Source: Patescibacteria group bacterium (GTDB lineage Bacteria > Patescibacteriota > Patescibacteriia > Patescibacteriales > UBA12465). Taken from it: a DNA stretch of 64,000 bases. The notes beneath the pieces were generated by a model. That model was not told the DNA's origin. It ran no database searches and saw only the letters and a list, made by a program, of their open reading frames with translations. Where the stretch lies: the NCBI GenBank assembly GCA_035269015.1, contig DATFJU010000031.1:41326-105325 (forward strand), given 5' to 3'. Below are positions 10,234 to 18,842 of the stretch, piece by piece. A program made the position numbers and the translations under genes. Positions within the stretch are counted from its first letter, which is position 1; each line of letters begins with the position of its first letter.

Positions 10234-10648
10234 TATTATACTTATTTTTATTATTGTTTAATTATAACATGATAATACAAATAATCTCAATTTATTTAAA
10301 TTCCCTGTAGTTTAAACTAGTTGTTACCTCTAACCTAAGTTTTTCACGTTACTAACTAAAAAGATAAACATAATCACTTTTCTTTATACTGTGAAAATTC
10401 TTCAGACTTTAAAGCTAATCCAGTTAAAAAATTTCCAAACTCACTTAGATTAACAACTTCTAATGATTATTTAAATTCAAACTATTTCTCATTTCATTTT
10501 TCCTTTTTAATTGCCACCGACATTTTTTCCTTTATTATCTCATATTTAACATACACAGAATTTTAATATAAAAAATCACACTAATATTAGCATGATTTTA
10601 TATATAACTATATGTAAGCTTTTATTTAATACTGATATAATGTAAAGA

Positions 10649-10813
10649 CTAATCAGAGCTACTATAATTTTTTAATACCTCAACACCACCATGTCTATTA
10701 ACCACATCTAATTGCTCTTTTGTGGCTCTATCAACGGCCTGTTTAACTATTTTTGCTTTTTCAGTTGTATTTAAACCAAAAAAATTATTATTATTTTTCA
10801 TTTTCTTTTTCAT
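10649..10813 (-). CDS. small ORF (54 aa) overlapping the 3' end of the zeta-toxin-like gene; possible cognate partner, speculative
   Basis: Read manually; below the ORF-track size cutoff. MKKKMKNNNNFFGLNTTEKAKIVKQAVDRATKEQLDVVNRHGGVEVLKNYSSSD. It overlaps the zeta gene stop by about 20 nt in another frame. No family recognised. Confidence 0.3.
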   Translation of the reverse strand: MKKKMKNNNNFFGLNTTEKAKIVKQAVDRATKEQLDVVNRHGGVEVLKNYSSSD

Positions 10814-11576
10814 ATATTAATTCATTTAGTGTTTTACGATTATATTTTAATTTTAAGTAATTGTCAATATTATCAATATTAAATTTAATATTTTTTGTTT
10901 TTGTATTACTTATATCTTTTTCAACCAACCAAACTTCAACTTTCTTTTTATATTCTTTTTTTATTATATTAACATTCAAAATTGATTTGAATAAAGAATT
11001 AATAAACATATCTTTCTTAATTTTCCTTCCCTCATCTCTTTCTCTAATTTTTGTAAAACCCCAAGCTATTAATGGATCCTGATAAACATAAACAATAAAT
11101 ATGTTTGCATTAATTTTTAAGGCTGATTTAATATTTTTTTGAACAACCCCAATAGAAGAAAAGGTTCCATCTATTATAGTGTGATATTTATTTTTTACAC
11201 AATTATCAAATAAAATTTCTATTCCTTTTATACAGCCTCTTTTATATTTATCTGAATTTTTACCATTATATCCTAGCGGTCTAAAAATATTTCTAATTTC
11301 ATCTGCATCAATCCTAACAATACCATTATTTAAACTTCTTTTTTCTAAAATTTTTATTAATTTTTGTGACCACTCAGTTTTACCTGCACCTGGAGCACCA
11401 GCCATAAAAATAAAAACTGGTTTATTATTTGATTTAATGTCGTCACTGATAAATTTTTTTATAATTTCTTTTTTATGTTTTTTTGCAAACCTAAAAGATT
11501 CATCACTTATATTATTCATATAACAATTATAACAAAAATCAACAGCTCTCTCAACTGTTGATTTTATAATATACAA
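10791..11576 (-). CDS. zeta-toxin/PezT-family P-loop kinase (putative UDP-N-acetylglucosamine kinase toxin)
   Basis: 261 aa. Walker A GAPGAGKTE, then the zeta catalytic Asp motif IVRIDADEIR; YHTIIDGTFSS and ANIFIVYVYQDPLIAWGFTKIR align with the PezT/zeta core. Start is 12 nt after the rpsI stop. Confidence 0.7.
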   Translation of the reverse strand: MYIIKSTVERAVDFCYNCYMNNISDESFRFAKKHKKEIIKKFISDDIKSNNKPVFIFMAGAPGAGKTEWSQKLIKILEKRSLNNGIVRIDADEIRNIFRPLGYNGKNSDKYKRGCIKGIEILFDNCVKNKYHTIIDGTFSSIGVVQKNIKSALKINANIFIVYVYQDPLIAWGFTKIRERDEGRKIKKDMFINSLFKSILNVNIIKKEYKKKVEVWLVEKDISNTKTKNIKFNIDNIDNYLKLKYNRKTLNELIYEKENEK

Positions 11577-11588
11577 ATATGTATAATT

Positions 11589-12110
11589 TTAACGTTTACT
11601 CCATTGCGGTCTCTTTCTAGCTTTTCTAAGACCTGGTTTCTTTCTTTCTTTCTTTCTAGAATCTCTAGTTAACCAGCTTTGAACTTTAAAGACTTCTCTT
11701 AAACCTTCATCTAAACTAAGCAAGGCTCTAGCTACACCATGTCTAATTGCTTCAACTTGAGCTTGTACTCCTCCACCTTTTACTATTATAGAAATATCAA
11801 AATCTTTAAGACGATTAGCTTCTTTAAGAGGCTCTAAAGCAATGTTATGTTTATCTGCTGGAAAATATTCTTTAATCTTTTTGCCATTAACAAAAACTAA
11901 ACCTTTACCTTTTTCATGAAGTCTTACTTGAGCTACAGCTGTTTTTCTTCTCCCTACAGCTCTAGTATATTTACCAGAAAAATTAGCATCCTCTATTTTA
12001 TCTACTTTCTTTTCTACTTTCTTTTCTTCCTTTTTTTCTGCTTTTTCCTCAACTTTATCTGTCTTAGCTGTGCTTTTTTCTTTACTTGTTGTTTTACTTG
12101 CGCTAGGCAT
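11589..12110 (-). CDS. rpsI: 30S ribosomal protein S9 with ~45-aa Lys/Glu-rich N-terminal extension
   Basis: 173 aa. The uS9 core (GRRKTAVAQVRL...GGGVQAQVEAIRHGVARAL...RKKPGLRKARKRPQWSKR) is preceded by KEKSTAKTDKVEEKAEKKEEKKVEKKVDK. Confidence 0.9.
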   Translation of the reverse strand: MPSASKTTSKEKSTAKTDKVEEKAEKKEEKKVEKKVDKIEDANFSGKYTRAVGRRKTAVAQVRLHEKGKGLVFVNGKKIKEYFPADKHNIALEPLKEANRLKDFDISIIVKGGGVQAQVEAIRHGVARALLSLDEGLREVFKVQSWLTRDSRKKERKKPGLRKARKRPQWSKR

Positions 12111-12113
12111 ATT

Positions 12114-12470
12114 TTATTGAATAATTAATCTTTTTAACATTTCTTTTCTAAATTTTACTGGAGGAAGCATTTCTCTAACAGCTCTTTGTAGTACTTCAGC
12201 TGGGTTTTTCTCATATACTTCACCCATAGTTTTTTCTTTAAGACCTCCTGGATAGCCAGAATATCTAAAATACTTTTTTTGATCTAATTTTTTTCCACTA
12301 AATCTCAACTTATCAATATTTTTTACCTCTACCACATCACCACAATCTAAATTAGGTTCGAATTCAACCTTATTTTTTCCACGGAGTAAGGTAGCAATAT
12401 CAGTAGCAATTATTCCTAAAACTTTATCTGTAGCATCTATAGTATATTTTTGTCTTGTTATTTTTTTCAT
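12114..12470 (-). CDS. rplM: 50S ribosomal protein L13 (compact form)
   Basis: 118 aa with uL13-like N-terminal region (IDATDKVLG...LLRGKNK). Conserved rplM-rpsI order. Confidence 0.85.
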   Translation of the reverse strand: MKKITRQKYTIDATDKVLGIIATDIATLLRGKNKVEFEPNLDCGDVVEVKNIDKLRFSGKKLDQKKYFRYSGYPGGLKEKTMGEVYEKNPAEVLQRAVREMLPPVKFRKEMLKRLIIQ

Positions 12471-12475
12471 ATAAA

Positions 12476-12826
12476 TTATACTAATTCAATTTGTACTATC
12501 TTTGCACCATCGCCTGAACGAGTGCCTAATTTTATAATACGAGTATACCCGCCTTGCCTATCTTTATATCTATCAGCTAGAACTTCCATAGCTTTTCTAA
12601 TAGCTAACTTCTGAGGTAGTGAACTGATAAGTTTTCTTCTGGCGCTTAAATCTTGCTTTTTAGAAACAGTAATTAATTTTTCCACTAAAGGTTTAACAGC
12701 TTTAGCTTTAGCTTCAGTAGTTTTAACTTTTTCATACATTAAAATACTAGATGCTAGATTATTTAGCATAGCTTCTCTTGGTGCTTTTTTCCTGTCTAGG
12801 ATTACTCCTTTATTTCTATGTCTCAT
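12476..12826 (-). CDS. rplQ: 50S ribosomal protein L17
   Basis: 116 aa. MRHRNKG...GGYTRIIKLGTR.GD: bL17 signature. Follows rpoA as in the alpha operon. Confidence 0.9.
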   Translation of the reverse strand: MRHRNKGVILDRKKAPREAMLNNLASSILMYEKVKTTEAKAKAVKPLVEKLITVSKKQDLSARRKLISSLPQKLAIRKAMEVLADRYKDRQGGYTRIIKLGTRSGDGAKIVQIELV

Positions 12827-12835
12827 ATTAATATA

Positions 12836-13594
12836 TTATTTTTTGTCTTTCTTATTTTCTTCGCTCTTTTTAGAGCTATCCTTACTAGTACTTTTTTTAG
12901 CTTCTTTTTCTTTTGGTAGTAATGAACTAAATTGATTAACTAAAATATTAACTGAATCATTAAAGGCTTCTTCAAAGCTCATAGTTCCGTCAGTAGTAAT
13001 ATCCAAAACAAGTTTATCCCAGTTAGTCATCTTACCAACACGCACATTTTCTACTTTTAAACTTACCTCTACAACAGGAGAAAAAACTGAATCAATTTCT
13101 AAATATCCTAAATCTTTAGCTTCTTTTTTATTAGTTTCAGTTAACTTATAACCTCTACCAGCACTAACTATTATTTCCATGTCTAAACTACCTTTAGCAT
13201 CTGTAATTTCAGCAATCTTTAAATCAGAGTTAATAATTTCTACATCACTGTTTTTTTCAATATCTTTAGCAGTAACTTTCTTTTTTCCACTAACATGAAG
13301 CTCTAATTTAATCTCTTCATCAGAATGAACTTTTAATCTTAACTCTTTTAAGTTTAAAATAATCTCTAATACATCTTCTTGAATATTAGGTAATGCCATA
13401 AATTCATGATCCGCTCCTTTTATTTTAACACCAATAACTGCAGCACCTGGAAGTGAAGAAAGAAGAACCCTGCGAAGCGAATTACCCAGTGTCATGCCAT
13501 AACCAATATATAAAGGTTCGATACTTACATGCCCTGAATTGGCACTATCACCTTTTTTAAAATCAATTTTGTTTGGTAAGGCAATATTTTCCAT
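12836..13594 (-). CDS. rpoA: DNA-directed RNA polymerase alpha subunit, N-terminal (assembly) domain only; alpha-CTD replaced by a Lys/Ser-rich tail
   Basis: 252 aa. The alpha-NTD (GYGMTLGNSLRRVLLSSLPGAAV...) ends about residue 230 and is followed by KEAKKSTSKDSSKKSEENKKDKK. No alpha-CTD/helix-hairpin-helix module is present, and rplQ starts 10 nt downstream. Confidence 0.85.
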   Translation of the reverse strand: MENIALPNKIDFKKGDSANSGHVSIEPLYIGYGMTLGNSLRRVLLSSLPGAAVIGVKIKGADHEFMALPNIQEDVLEIILNLKELRLKVHSDEEIKLELHVSGKKKVTAKDIEKNSDVEIINSDLKIAEITDAKGSLDMEIIVSAGRGYKLTETNKKEAKDLGYLEIDSVFSPVVEVSLKVENVRVGKMTNWDKLVLDITTDGTMSFEEAFNDSVNILVNQFSSLLPKEKEAKKSTSKDSSKKSEENKKDKK

Positions 13595-13614
13595 ATAATT
13601 TTAAAATTAGTTTA

Positions 13615-14220
13615 TTATTTAGAATAAAACTCTACAATAGCTCTAGTATCAATACTTTGATCTACGTCAGTTTCTGTCTTTGGTTCATGTAATACTTTAG
13701 CACTTAATGATTTAAGATCAAGATTTAACCAACCAGGAACTTTTTGCAAGTCTAATTCTTGTTTTATGATTTCAAAATATTTACTTTTTTGACTTTTTTC
13801 TTTTACAGTAATCTCATCCCCTTCTTTTACTTTAAATGAAGGTATATTTACTCTTCTACCATTTACTCTAATATGAGCATGATTAACAAGTTGTCTAGCT
13901 GCTGGTCTACTTTTAGCAAAACCTAGTCTATATATCACATTATCCAATCTTAATTCTAATAATTTCAATAAATTAAAACCAGCATCTCCATCTAATCTTT
14001 GAGCCTTGTTAAAAGTTAGTCTAAACTGCTTTTCTCTTAAATTATATATAACTTTAGCTTTTTGTTTTTGAGCTAACTGTTCTCCATAGTCACTTCTTCT
14101 ACCTCTACCTTTTGGTCCATGAAATCCAGGCGGATAATTACGCTTCACAAGTGGAGATTTATTTGAATCTGTTGTTTTAATGCCGTAGCGACGACAAATT
14201 TTGTTGCTATAAAAATTCAT
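13615..14220 (-). CDS. rpsD: 30S ribosomal protein S4
   Basis: 201 aa. N-terminal uS4 Zn-ribbon-like region plus S4 RNA-binding domain (LDNVIYRLGFAKSRPAARQLVNHAHIRVNGRRVN). Confidence 0.9.
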   Translation of the reverse strand: MNFYSNKICRRYGIKTTDSNKSPLVKRNYPPGFHGPKGRGRRSDYGEQLAQKQKAKVIYNLREKQFRLTFNKAQRLDGDAGFNLLKLLELRLDNVIYRLGFAKSRPAARQLVNHAHIRVNGRRVNIPSFKVKEGDEITVKEKSQKSKYFEIIKQELDLQKVPGWLNLDLKSLSAKVLHEPKTETDVDQSIDTRAIVEFYSK

Positions 14221-14232
14221 AAATTCTATAAA

Positions 14233-14931
14233 TTAAACTCTACGTGGTTTTTTAGGTCTACAACCATTGTGTGGTACAGCAGTAACATCTTTAATGGCTG
14301 TAACTTCAAGGCCATTAGCATTTAAAGCTCTGATTGCTGATTCCTTACCAGTCCCTACTCCAGAGGCAAATACTGCTACTTCTTTTAAGCCATACTCTTC
14401 TTTGGCTTTCATGGTAGCAATTTTAGTAATAATTTGAGCAGCATATGGAGTAGCTTTCTTTGGTCCTTTAAAACCAGCAACACCAGCACTTGCCCATGAT
14501 ATTACACCTCCTTGTAAATCGGTAAGAGTTACAATGGTATTATTGTATGTAGCTTTAATGAATGCTTTTCCTGTCTTTACTTGAGTTTGAGGACCTTTCT
14601 TTTTCTTCTTTTTCTGTTTTTTCTTATTAACCTTCTCTCTAGCTATTTTATTTTTCTCTAACTTTTCTTTAATTTCTTCTGGCAACTCTTCATCATCCGC
14701 GCTTGAAAAAATACTGCTTTCCTCTTCCTCCTCCTCTTCTTCAACTTTAGCTTTTTCTTCAGGTTTTTCCTTTTTAGCTTCTTTTTTAGCTTCTTTACTT
14801 ACTTTTTTTGTATCTTCTTTTTTTAAAACAGCTTTTATTTCTTTTTCATCCTCAAATTCGACTTCTTCAAGTTTAGAGTCTTCTTTGATTTCTTCTGTTT
14901 TTTTTGCTTTTTGAGCCTTATCTTCACTCAT
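14233..14931 (-). CDS. rpsK: 30S ribosomal protein S11 with ~100-aa Lys/Glu-rich N-terminal extension
   Basis: 232 aa. The uS11 core ([18 protein letters not shown]...[15 protein letters not shown]...[13 protein letters not shown]) occupies the C-terminal ~125 aa. The N-terminus is poly-K/E, including an EEEEEEEE run and a [11 protein letters not shown] stretch. Confidence 0.9.
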   Translation of the reverse strand: MSEDKAQKAKKTEEIKEDSKLEEVEFEDEKEIKAVLKKEDTKKVSKEAKKEAKKEKPEEKAKVEEEEEEEESSIFSSADDEELPEEIKEKLEKNKIAREKVNKKKQKKKKKKGPQTQVKTGKAFIKATYNNTIVTLTDLQGGVISWASAGVAGFKGPKKATPYAAQIITKIATMKAKEEYGLKEVAVFASGVGTGKESAIRALNANGLEVTAIKDVTAVPHNGCRPKKPRRV

Positions 14932-14953
14932 ATTAAAAATTCAAATTACTAAA

Positions 14954-15352
14954 TTAAGTTTTTTGAGCCGTAGCATTGGTTTTACCTGAACCCATAGTCA
15001 AACGTTTATTACCTCTAGCTGTACGACTATTAGTTTTAGTTCTTTGCCCTCTAGTAGGTAATCTTTTTGCGTGACGAGAACCACGAACACTATCTATTTC
15101 TTTTAATCTTTTAATGTTTCCACCAATTTGTCTTCTTAAATCTCCTTCAACAGTATAATTCTTTTCAATATATTCACGAATCTTATTAGCATCAGCTTCT
15201 TTTAAATCTTTAACTCTAGTACTAGCATCTATTTTTACTTGTTCAACAATCTTTTGAGCTTCACTGAGTCCAATACCATAAATATAAGTTAATGCATATT
15301 CTATTTTTTTGTCACTGGGGATATTAATTCCAGCAATTCTTATATTAGCCAT
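14954..15352 (-). CDS. rpsM: 30S ribosomal protein S13
   Basis: 132 aa. IAGINIP...ALTYIYGIG...PTRGQRTKTNSRT: uS13. Confidence 0.9.
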   Translation of the reverse strand: MANIRIAGINIPSDKKIEYALTYIYGIGLSEAQKIVEQVKIDASTRVKDLKEADANKIREYIEKNYTVEGDLRRQIGGNIKRLKEIDSVRGSRHAKRLPTRGQRTKTNSRTARGNKRLTMGSGKTNATAQKT

Positions 15353-15363
15353 AAAATAATAAA

Positions 15364-15477
15364 TTAACCCTGTCTTTGCTTATGTTTAGGGGTTTTACAA
15401 ATAACATAAACACGGCCTTTACGTCTAACGACCTGGCAATATTTACACATCTTTTTTACACTTGCTCTTACTTTCAT
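15364..15477 (-). CDS. rpmJ: 50S ribosomal protein L36
   Basis: Read manually; below the ORF-track size cutoff. Minus strand encodes [37 protein letters not shown] (37 aa), the canonical bL36 sequence, between infA and rpsM. Confidence 0.85.
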   Translation of the reverse strand: MKVRASVKKMCKYCQVVRRKGRVYVICKTPKHKQRQG

Positions 15478-15537
15478 AAAAAACTTTAATTTAAGCTTCT
15501 TCTAGATTTACTATATAGAAGCTATTTAATCAATTGA

Positions 15538-15822
15538 TTAAAGTCTATAAACTATCCTGCCCTTATTTAAGTCATAAGGACTGATTTCAAGTTTAACTTT
15601 ATCACCTGGTAACAATCTAATCTTGTTCATCCTCATCTTACCAGACAAATGAGCCATGATTTCATGACCATTTTCTAGAGCCACCTTAAAAGTAGTGGCA
15701 GGCATAAGCTCAAGCACTTCTCCTTCCATTTCTAAGAAGTCCTTTGAGTTTTGTACCTGTGATTGTTCTTTTAAATTTTTATTATTTTCCATTAACACAA
15801 AAATTTGATAAAGAAAAAACAT
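15538..15822 (-). CDS. infA: translation initiation factor IF-1 (true start may be the internal Met at 15792)
   Basis: The S1-like IF-1 core ([55 protein letters not shown]) aligns with bacterial IF-1. The N-terminal ~35 aa are an extension. Confidence 0.85.
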   Translation of the reverse strand: MFFLYQIFVLMENNKNLKEQSQVQNSKDFLEMEGEVLELMPATTFKVALENGHEIMAHLSGKMRMNKIRLLPGDKVKLEISPYDLNKGRIVYRL

Positions 15823-15878
15823 TACTTTATCAAACCATTTAGCAAAACAGATTGTCTCTGTTTATTAAATATAGGCTT

Positions 15879-15907
15879 ATTATATATACTAAATATATAC
15901 TTGTCAA
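15879..15907 (-). promoter_or_regulatory. consensus sigma70 promoter for the infA-rpmJ-rpsM-rpsK-rpsD-rpoA-rplQ-rplM-rpsI operon
   Basis: Minus strand reads TTGACA - 17 nt (agtatatatttagtata) - TATAAT, a perfect -35/-10 with optimal spacing, about 55 nt upstream of the infA ORF and downstream of the alaS stop. Confidence 0.5.
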
Positions 15908-15939
15908 GAGCCAAGCACTAAGGTGCTATAAATTAAATA

Positions 15940-17712
15940 TTATCCCTCTAATACAGCCTTTATTCTCCTAACCCCGGCACTACTACTTTCTTCTTTTTTA
16001 ATCTTAAATTTACCTAATTTTCCAGTATTTTCAACATGTGGTCCTCCACAAATTTCTCTAGAAAAGTAATTATCATTATCTCCTACTTGATAAACTTTAA
16101 CACGTTCTCCATATTTAGATTCAAAAACTCCCATAGCATTTTTAGCTCTTGCTTCCTCTAAAGTCATTTCTTCAAAAGTAACTGGCAAGTCTTGAGCTAT
16201 AATTTCATTTACTATTTCTTCCACTTCTTCTTTTTGTTCTGCTGTTAATTTTTCTAGATGAGAAAAATCAAAACGTAATCTTTCTGAAGTAATATTTGAC
16301 CCTCGTTGCTCAACATGATCACCTAAAACTTTTCTAAGAGCTGCTAACAATAAATGAGCAGCTGTATGAAGCTTAGTCGTTTCTTCACCACTGTCAGCTA
16401 AACCACCCTGAAACTTCCCAGCTGAAGCTGTGCGAGAAAGTGCTTGATGTTTAGCCATAGCATCTTGAAAATCCTTATCAAAATCTGAAGCTAAGTTAAG
16501 ATTTTTTTCTTTAGCTATTTCTTTAGTCATCTCTACTGGATAACCAAAGGTTTGAAAAATATTAAAAGCTTCTTCCCCGCTTATCTCATTTTTTATATTA
16601 TCAATTTGCTTAGCTCCAGCTTCTAAAGTGCTTAAAAACTTCTTCTCTTCTTTATCAATCTCTATAATAATAAAATCTTTATTCCTCTTTAACTCTTGAT
16701 AAACATCTTGATAATTATCTATAACAATTTCAGCTAAATCTTTAAAGCTATAATCAACCTCACTATTTAGTTGCCTCATATACCTTAAAGCTCTTCTAAT
16801 TAACTTTCTAAGTACATAACCTTGATCAGTATTAGATGGTGACACCGCTTTATCATCTCCTAAAATAAAAGTAGCCGCTCTAATATGATCAGCTATAATA
16901 CGTATCTCTTTAGTTCTGTCTTCATATTTAGCGCCTGTTAAATCTTCTATTTTTTCCACTATAGGCCAAAGTAATTCTGTTTTATAAACATCACTTAAAT
17001 TATTAAGCACTGCTAAGGTTCTCCCAAGTCCCATCCCGGTGTCTACATTATGTTGGGATAATTTACTGTAGCCATCACTATTCTTTTGATACTCCATAAA
17101 AACATTATTCCAAATCTCTATCCAACCCTCATCATCAGGATTAAACTTTAAAGGTGCTGGTTCTTCTTTAGACCAATAGAAAATTTCTGTATCCGGTCCA
17201 GCTGGAGAATTTTCACCTGATAGTTCCCACCAATTTTCTTTCTTATCTAATTTGGCAACTCTATCTTCTTTTAAGCCTAAGTTAAGCCAAGCCTCATAAG
17301 ACTCTTCATCAAAGGGAGCGTTCTCATCACCTTTAAAAACAGACACAGCAATCTTTTCTTTATCAAGTCCTAGCCATTCTTTTGAAACTAGAAATTCATA
17401 TGAATATTTTATTGCCTCTTCTTTAAAGTAATCGCCTAAAGACCAATTACCTAACATTTCAAAGAAAGTATTATGAGTATTATCACCAACCTCATCTATA
17501 TCACCTGTACGAATACATTTTTGAATGTTTACCAATCTTTTTCCACTAGCATGACTTTGCCCCAGTAAATATGGAACCAATGGGTGCATACCAGCAGTGG
17601 TAAAAAGTACTGTGGGATCATTTTCAGGTATAAGCGAAGCGCTACTTAACATACTATGATCTTTAGTTACAAAGAAGCTTAAATATTTATCTCTTAATTC
17701 TTTAGCTGTCAT
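15940..17712 (-). CDS. alaS: alanine--tRNA ligase, short form (catalytic + editing domains; no C-Ala domain)
   Basis: 590 aa. N-terminus FTTAGMHP (class II motif region); editing-domain HTAAHLLLAAL and CGGPHV motifs near the C-terminus. It ends about 280 aa short of canonical AlaRS. Confidence 0.9.
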   Translation of the reverse strand: MTAKELRDKYLSFFVTKDHSMLSSASLIPENDPTVLFTTAGMHPLVPYLLGQSHASGKRLVNIQKCIRTGDIDEVGDNTHNTFFEMLGNWSLGDYFKEEAIKYSYEFLVSKEWLGLDKEKIAVSVFKGDENAPFDEESYEAWLNLGLKEDRVAKLDKKENWWELSGENSPAGPDTEIFYWSKEEPAPLKFNPDDEGWIEIWNNVFMEYQKNSDGYSKLSQHNVDTGMGLGRTLAVLNNLSDVYKTELLWPIVEKIEDLTGAKYEDRTKEIRIIADHIRAATFILGDDKAVSPSNTDQGYVLRKLIRRALRYMRQLNSEVDYSFKDLAEIVIDNYQDVYQELKRNKDFIIIEIDKEEKKFLSTLEAGAKQIDNIKNEISGEEAFNIFQTFGYPVEMTKEIAKEKNLNLASDFDKDFQDAMAKHQALSRTASAGKFQGGLADSGEETTKLHTAAHLLLAALRKVLGDHVEQRGSNITSERLRFDFSHLEKLTAEQKEEVEEIVNEIIAQDLPVTFEEMTLEEARAKNAMGVFESKYGERVKVYQVGDNDNYFSREICGGPHVENTGKLGKFKIKKEESSSAGVRRIKAVLEG

Positions 17713-17763
17713 ATTTTAGTATATTTACTTTATTTAATTTATCTTTTTTATTTAATATTATAT

Positions 17764-18783
17764 TTAATATATATTAACTTCAGGTACAAGTTCAATATCA
17801 AATTTTTCTTTAACATCAGCTATAATAGTTTCAGCCAGCTTTTTAATATCTTTAGAACTAGCTCCCCCTAGATTTATCAATATCAAAGCTTGTTTCCCCC
17901 AAACACCAGCCTTACCTAAAGATTTACCTTTCCAACCAACCTCTTCTATCAACCAGCCAGCCGGCACCTTAATCAAACCATTATCTAAATTATAATATTT
18001 AATATCTGGGTATTTAACTTTTAATTTTTCAAAATGCTCTTTTTCAATTTCAGGATTTTGGAAAAAAGAGCCTGAATTACCCCACTTTTCTGGCTCTGGT
18101 AGTTTGCTTTTTCTAATTTCAATTATGGCTTTAGAAATGTCATTTGGTTTAAGATCATATATATCTTTTTTAATAATATCACCTAAAGATCCATAATTTA
18201 ATTGAGGTTTAGCTTCTAGTGATAGTTTCAAAGAAACAGAAGTGATAAAGACTTTGCTTTTCAATTGTTTCTTAAAAATACTACTACGATAGGCAAAATT
18301 ACACTCATGTTTCTCAAATGTTTCAGTTTCTAAGCTATCAAAATTAATTGCTCTAAGACTATAAAAGACATCTTTTAATTCTACACCATAAGCTCCAATA
18401 TTTTGCACAGGTGAGGCGCCAATAGTTCCTGGTATATAACTTAAGTTTTCTATACCCCAATATTCCCTGTCAACACTATACTTAACTACGTCATCCCAGA
18501 TTTCACCTGAACCAGTCTCAATGATAATATAATTATTATCTACTTTCTTTTCTCTGATTCCTTTAATATTATTTTTAATCACCAAACCTAAAAAATCTTC
18601 ATCAGGTAGTAACATATTAGATCCTTGCCCAATGATGAGTATTTCTAAATCTTTATGCTTAGCCCAAGAAATAGCTTCTCGAGCTTCATGTTCATCACTT
18701 ACCTCTACAAAATACTTCGCTAAGCCACCAATATTAAAAGTGGTATATAAAGATAAGACCTTATTTTCTTCAATATTTAACAT
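17764..18783 (-). CDS. murB: UDP-N-acetylenolpyruvoylglucosamine reductase
   Basis: 339 aa. FAD-binding N-terminus (FNIGG...IIGQGSNML) and ENLSYIPGTIGASPVQNIGAYGVE motif. Confidence 0.85.
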   Translation of the reverse strand: MLNIEENKVLSLYTTFNIGGLAKYFVEVSDEHEAREAISWAKHKDLEILIIGQGSNMLLPDEDFLGLVIKNNIKGIREKKVDNNYIIIETGSGEIWDDVVKYSVDREYWGIENLSYIPGTIGASPVQNIGAYGVELKDVFYSLRAINFDSLETETFEKHECNFAYRSSIFKKQLKSKVFITSVSLKLSLEAKPQLNYGSLGDIIKKDIYDLKPNDISKAIIEIRKSKLPEPEKWGNSGSFFQNPEIEKEHFEKLKVKYPDIKYYNLDNGLIKVPAGWLIEEVGWKGKSLGKAGVWGKQALILINLGGASSKDIKKLAETIIADVKEKFDIELVPEVNIY

Positions 18784-18842
18784 ATTTTTATATAATTATA
18801 TTAGCAAGGGAAAATTAAGAAGTAAAGAATTATTACTACAAA

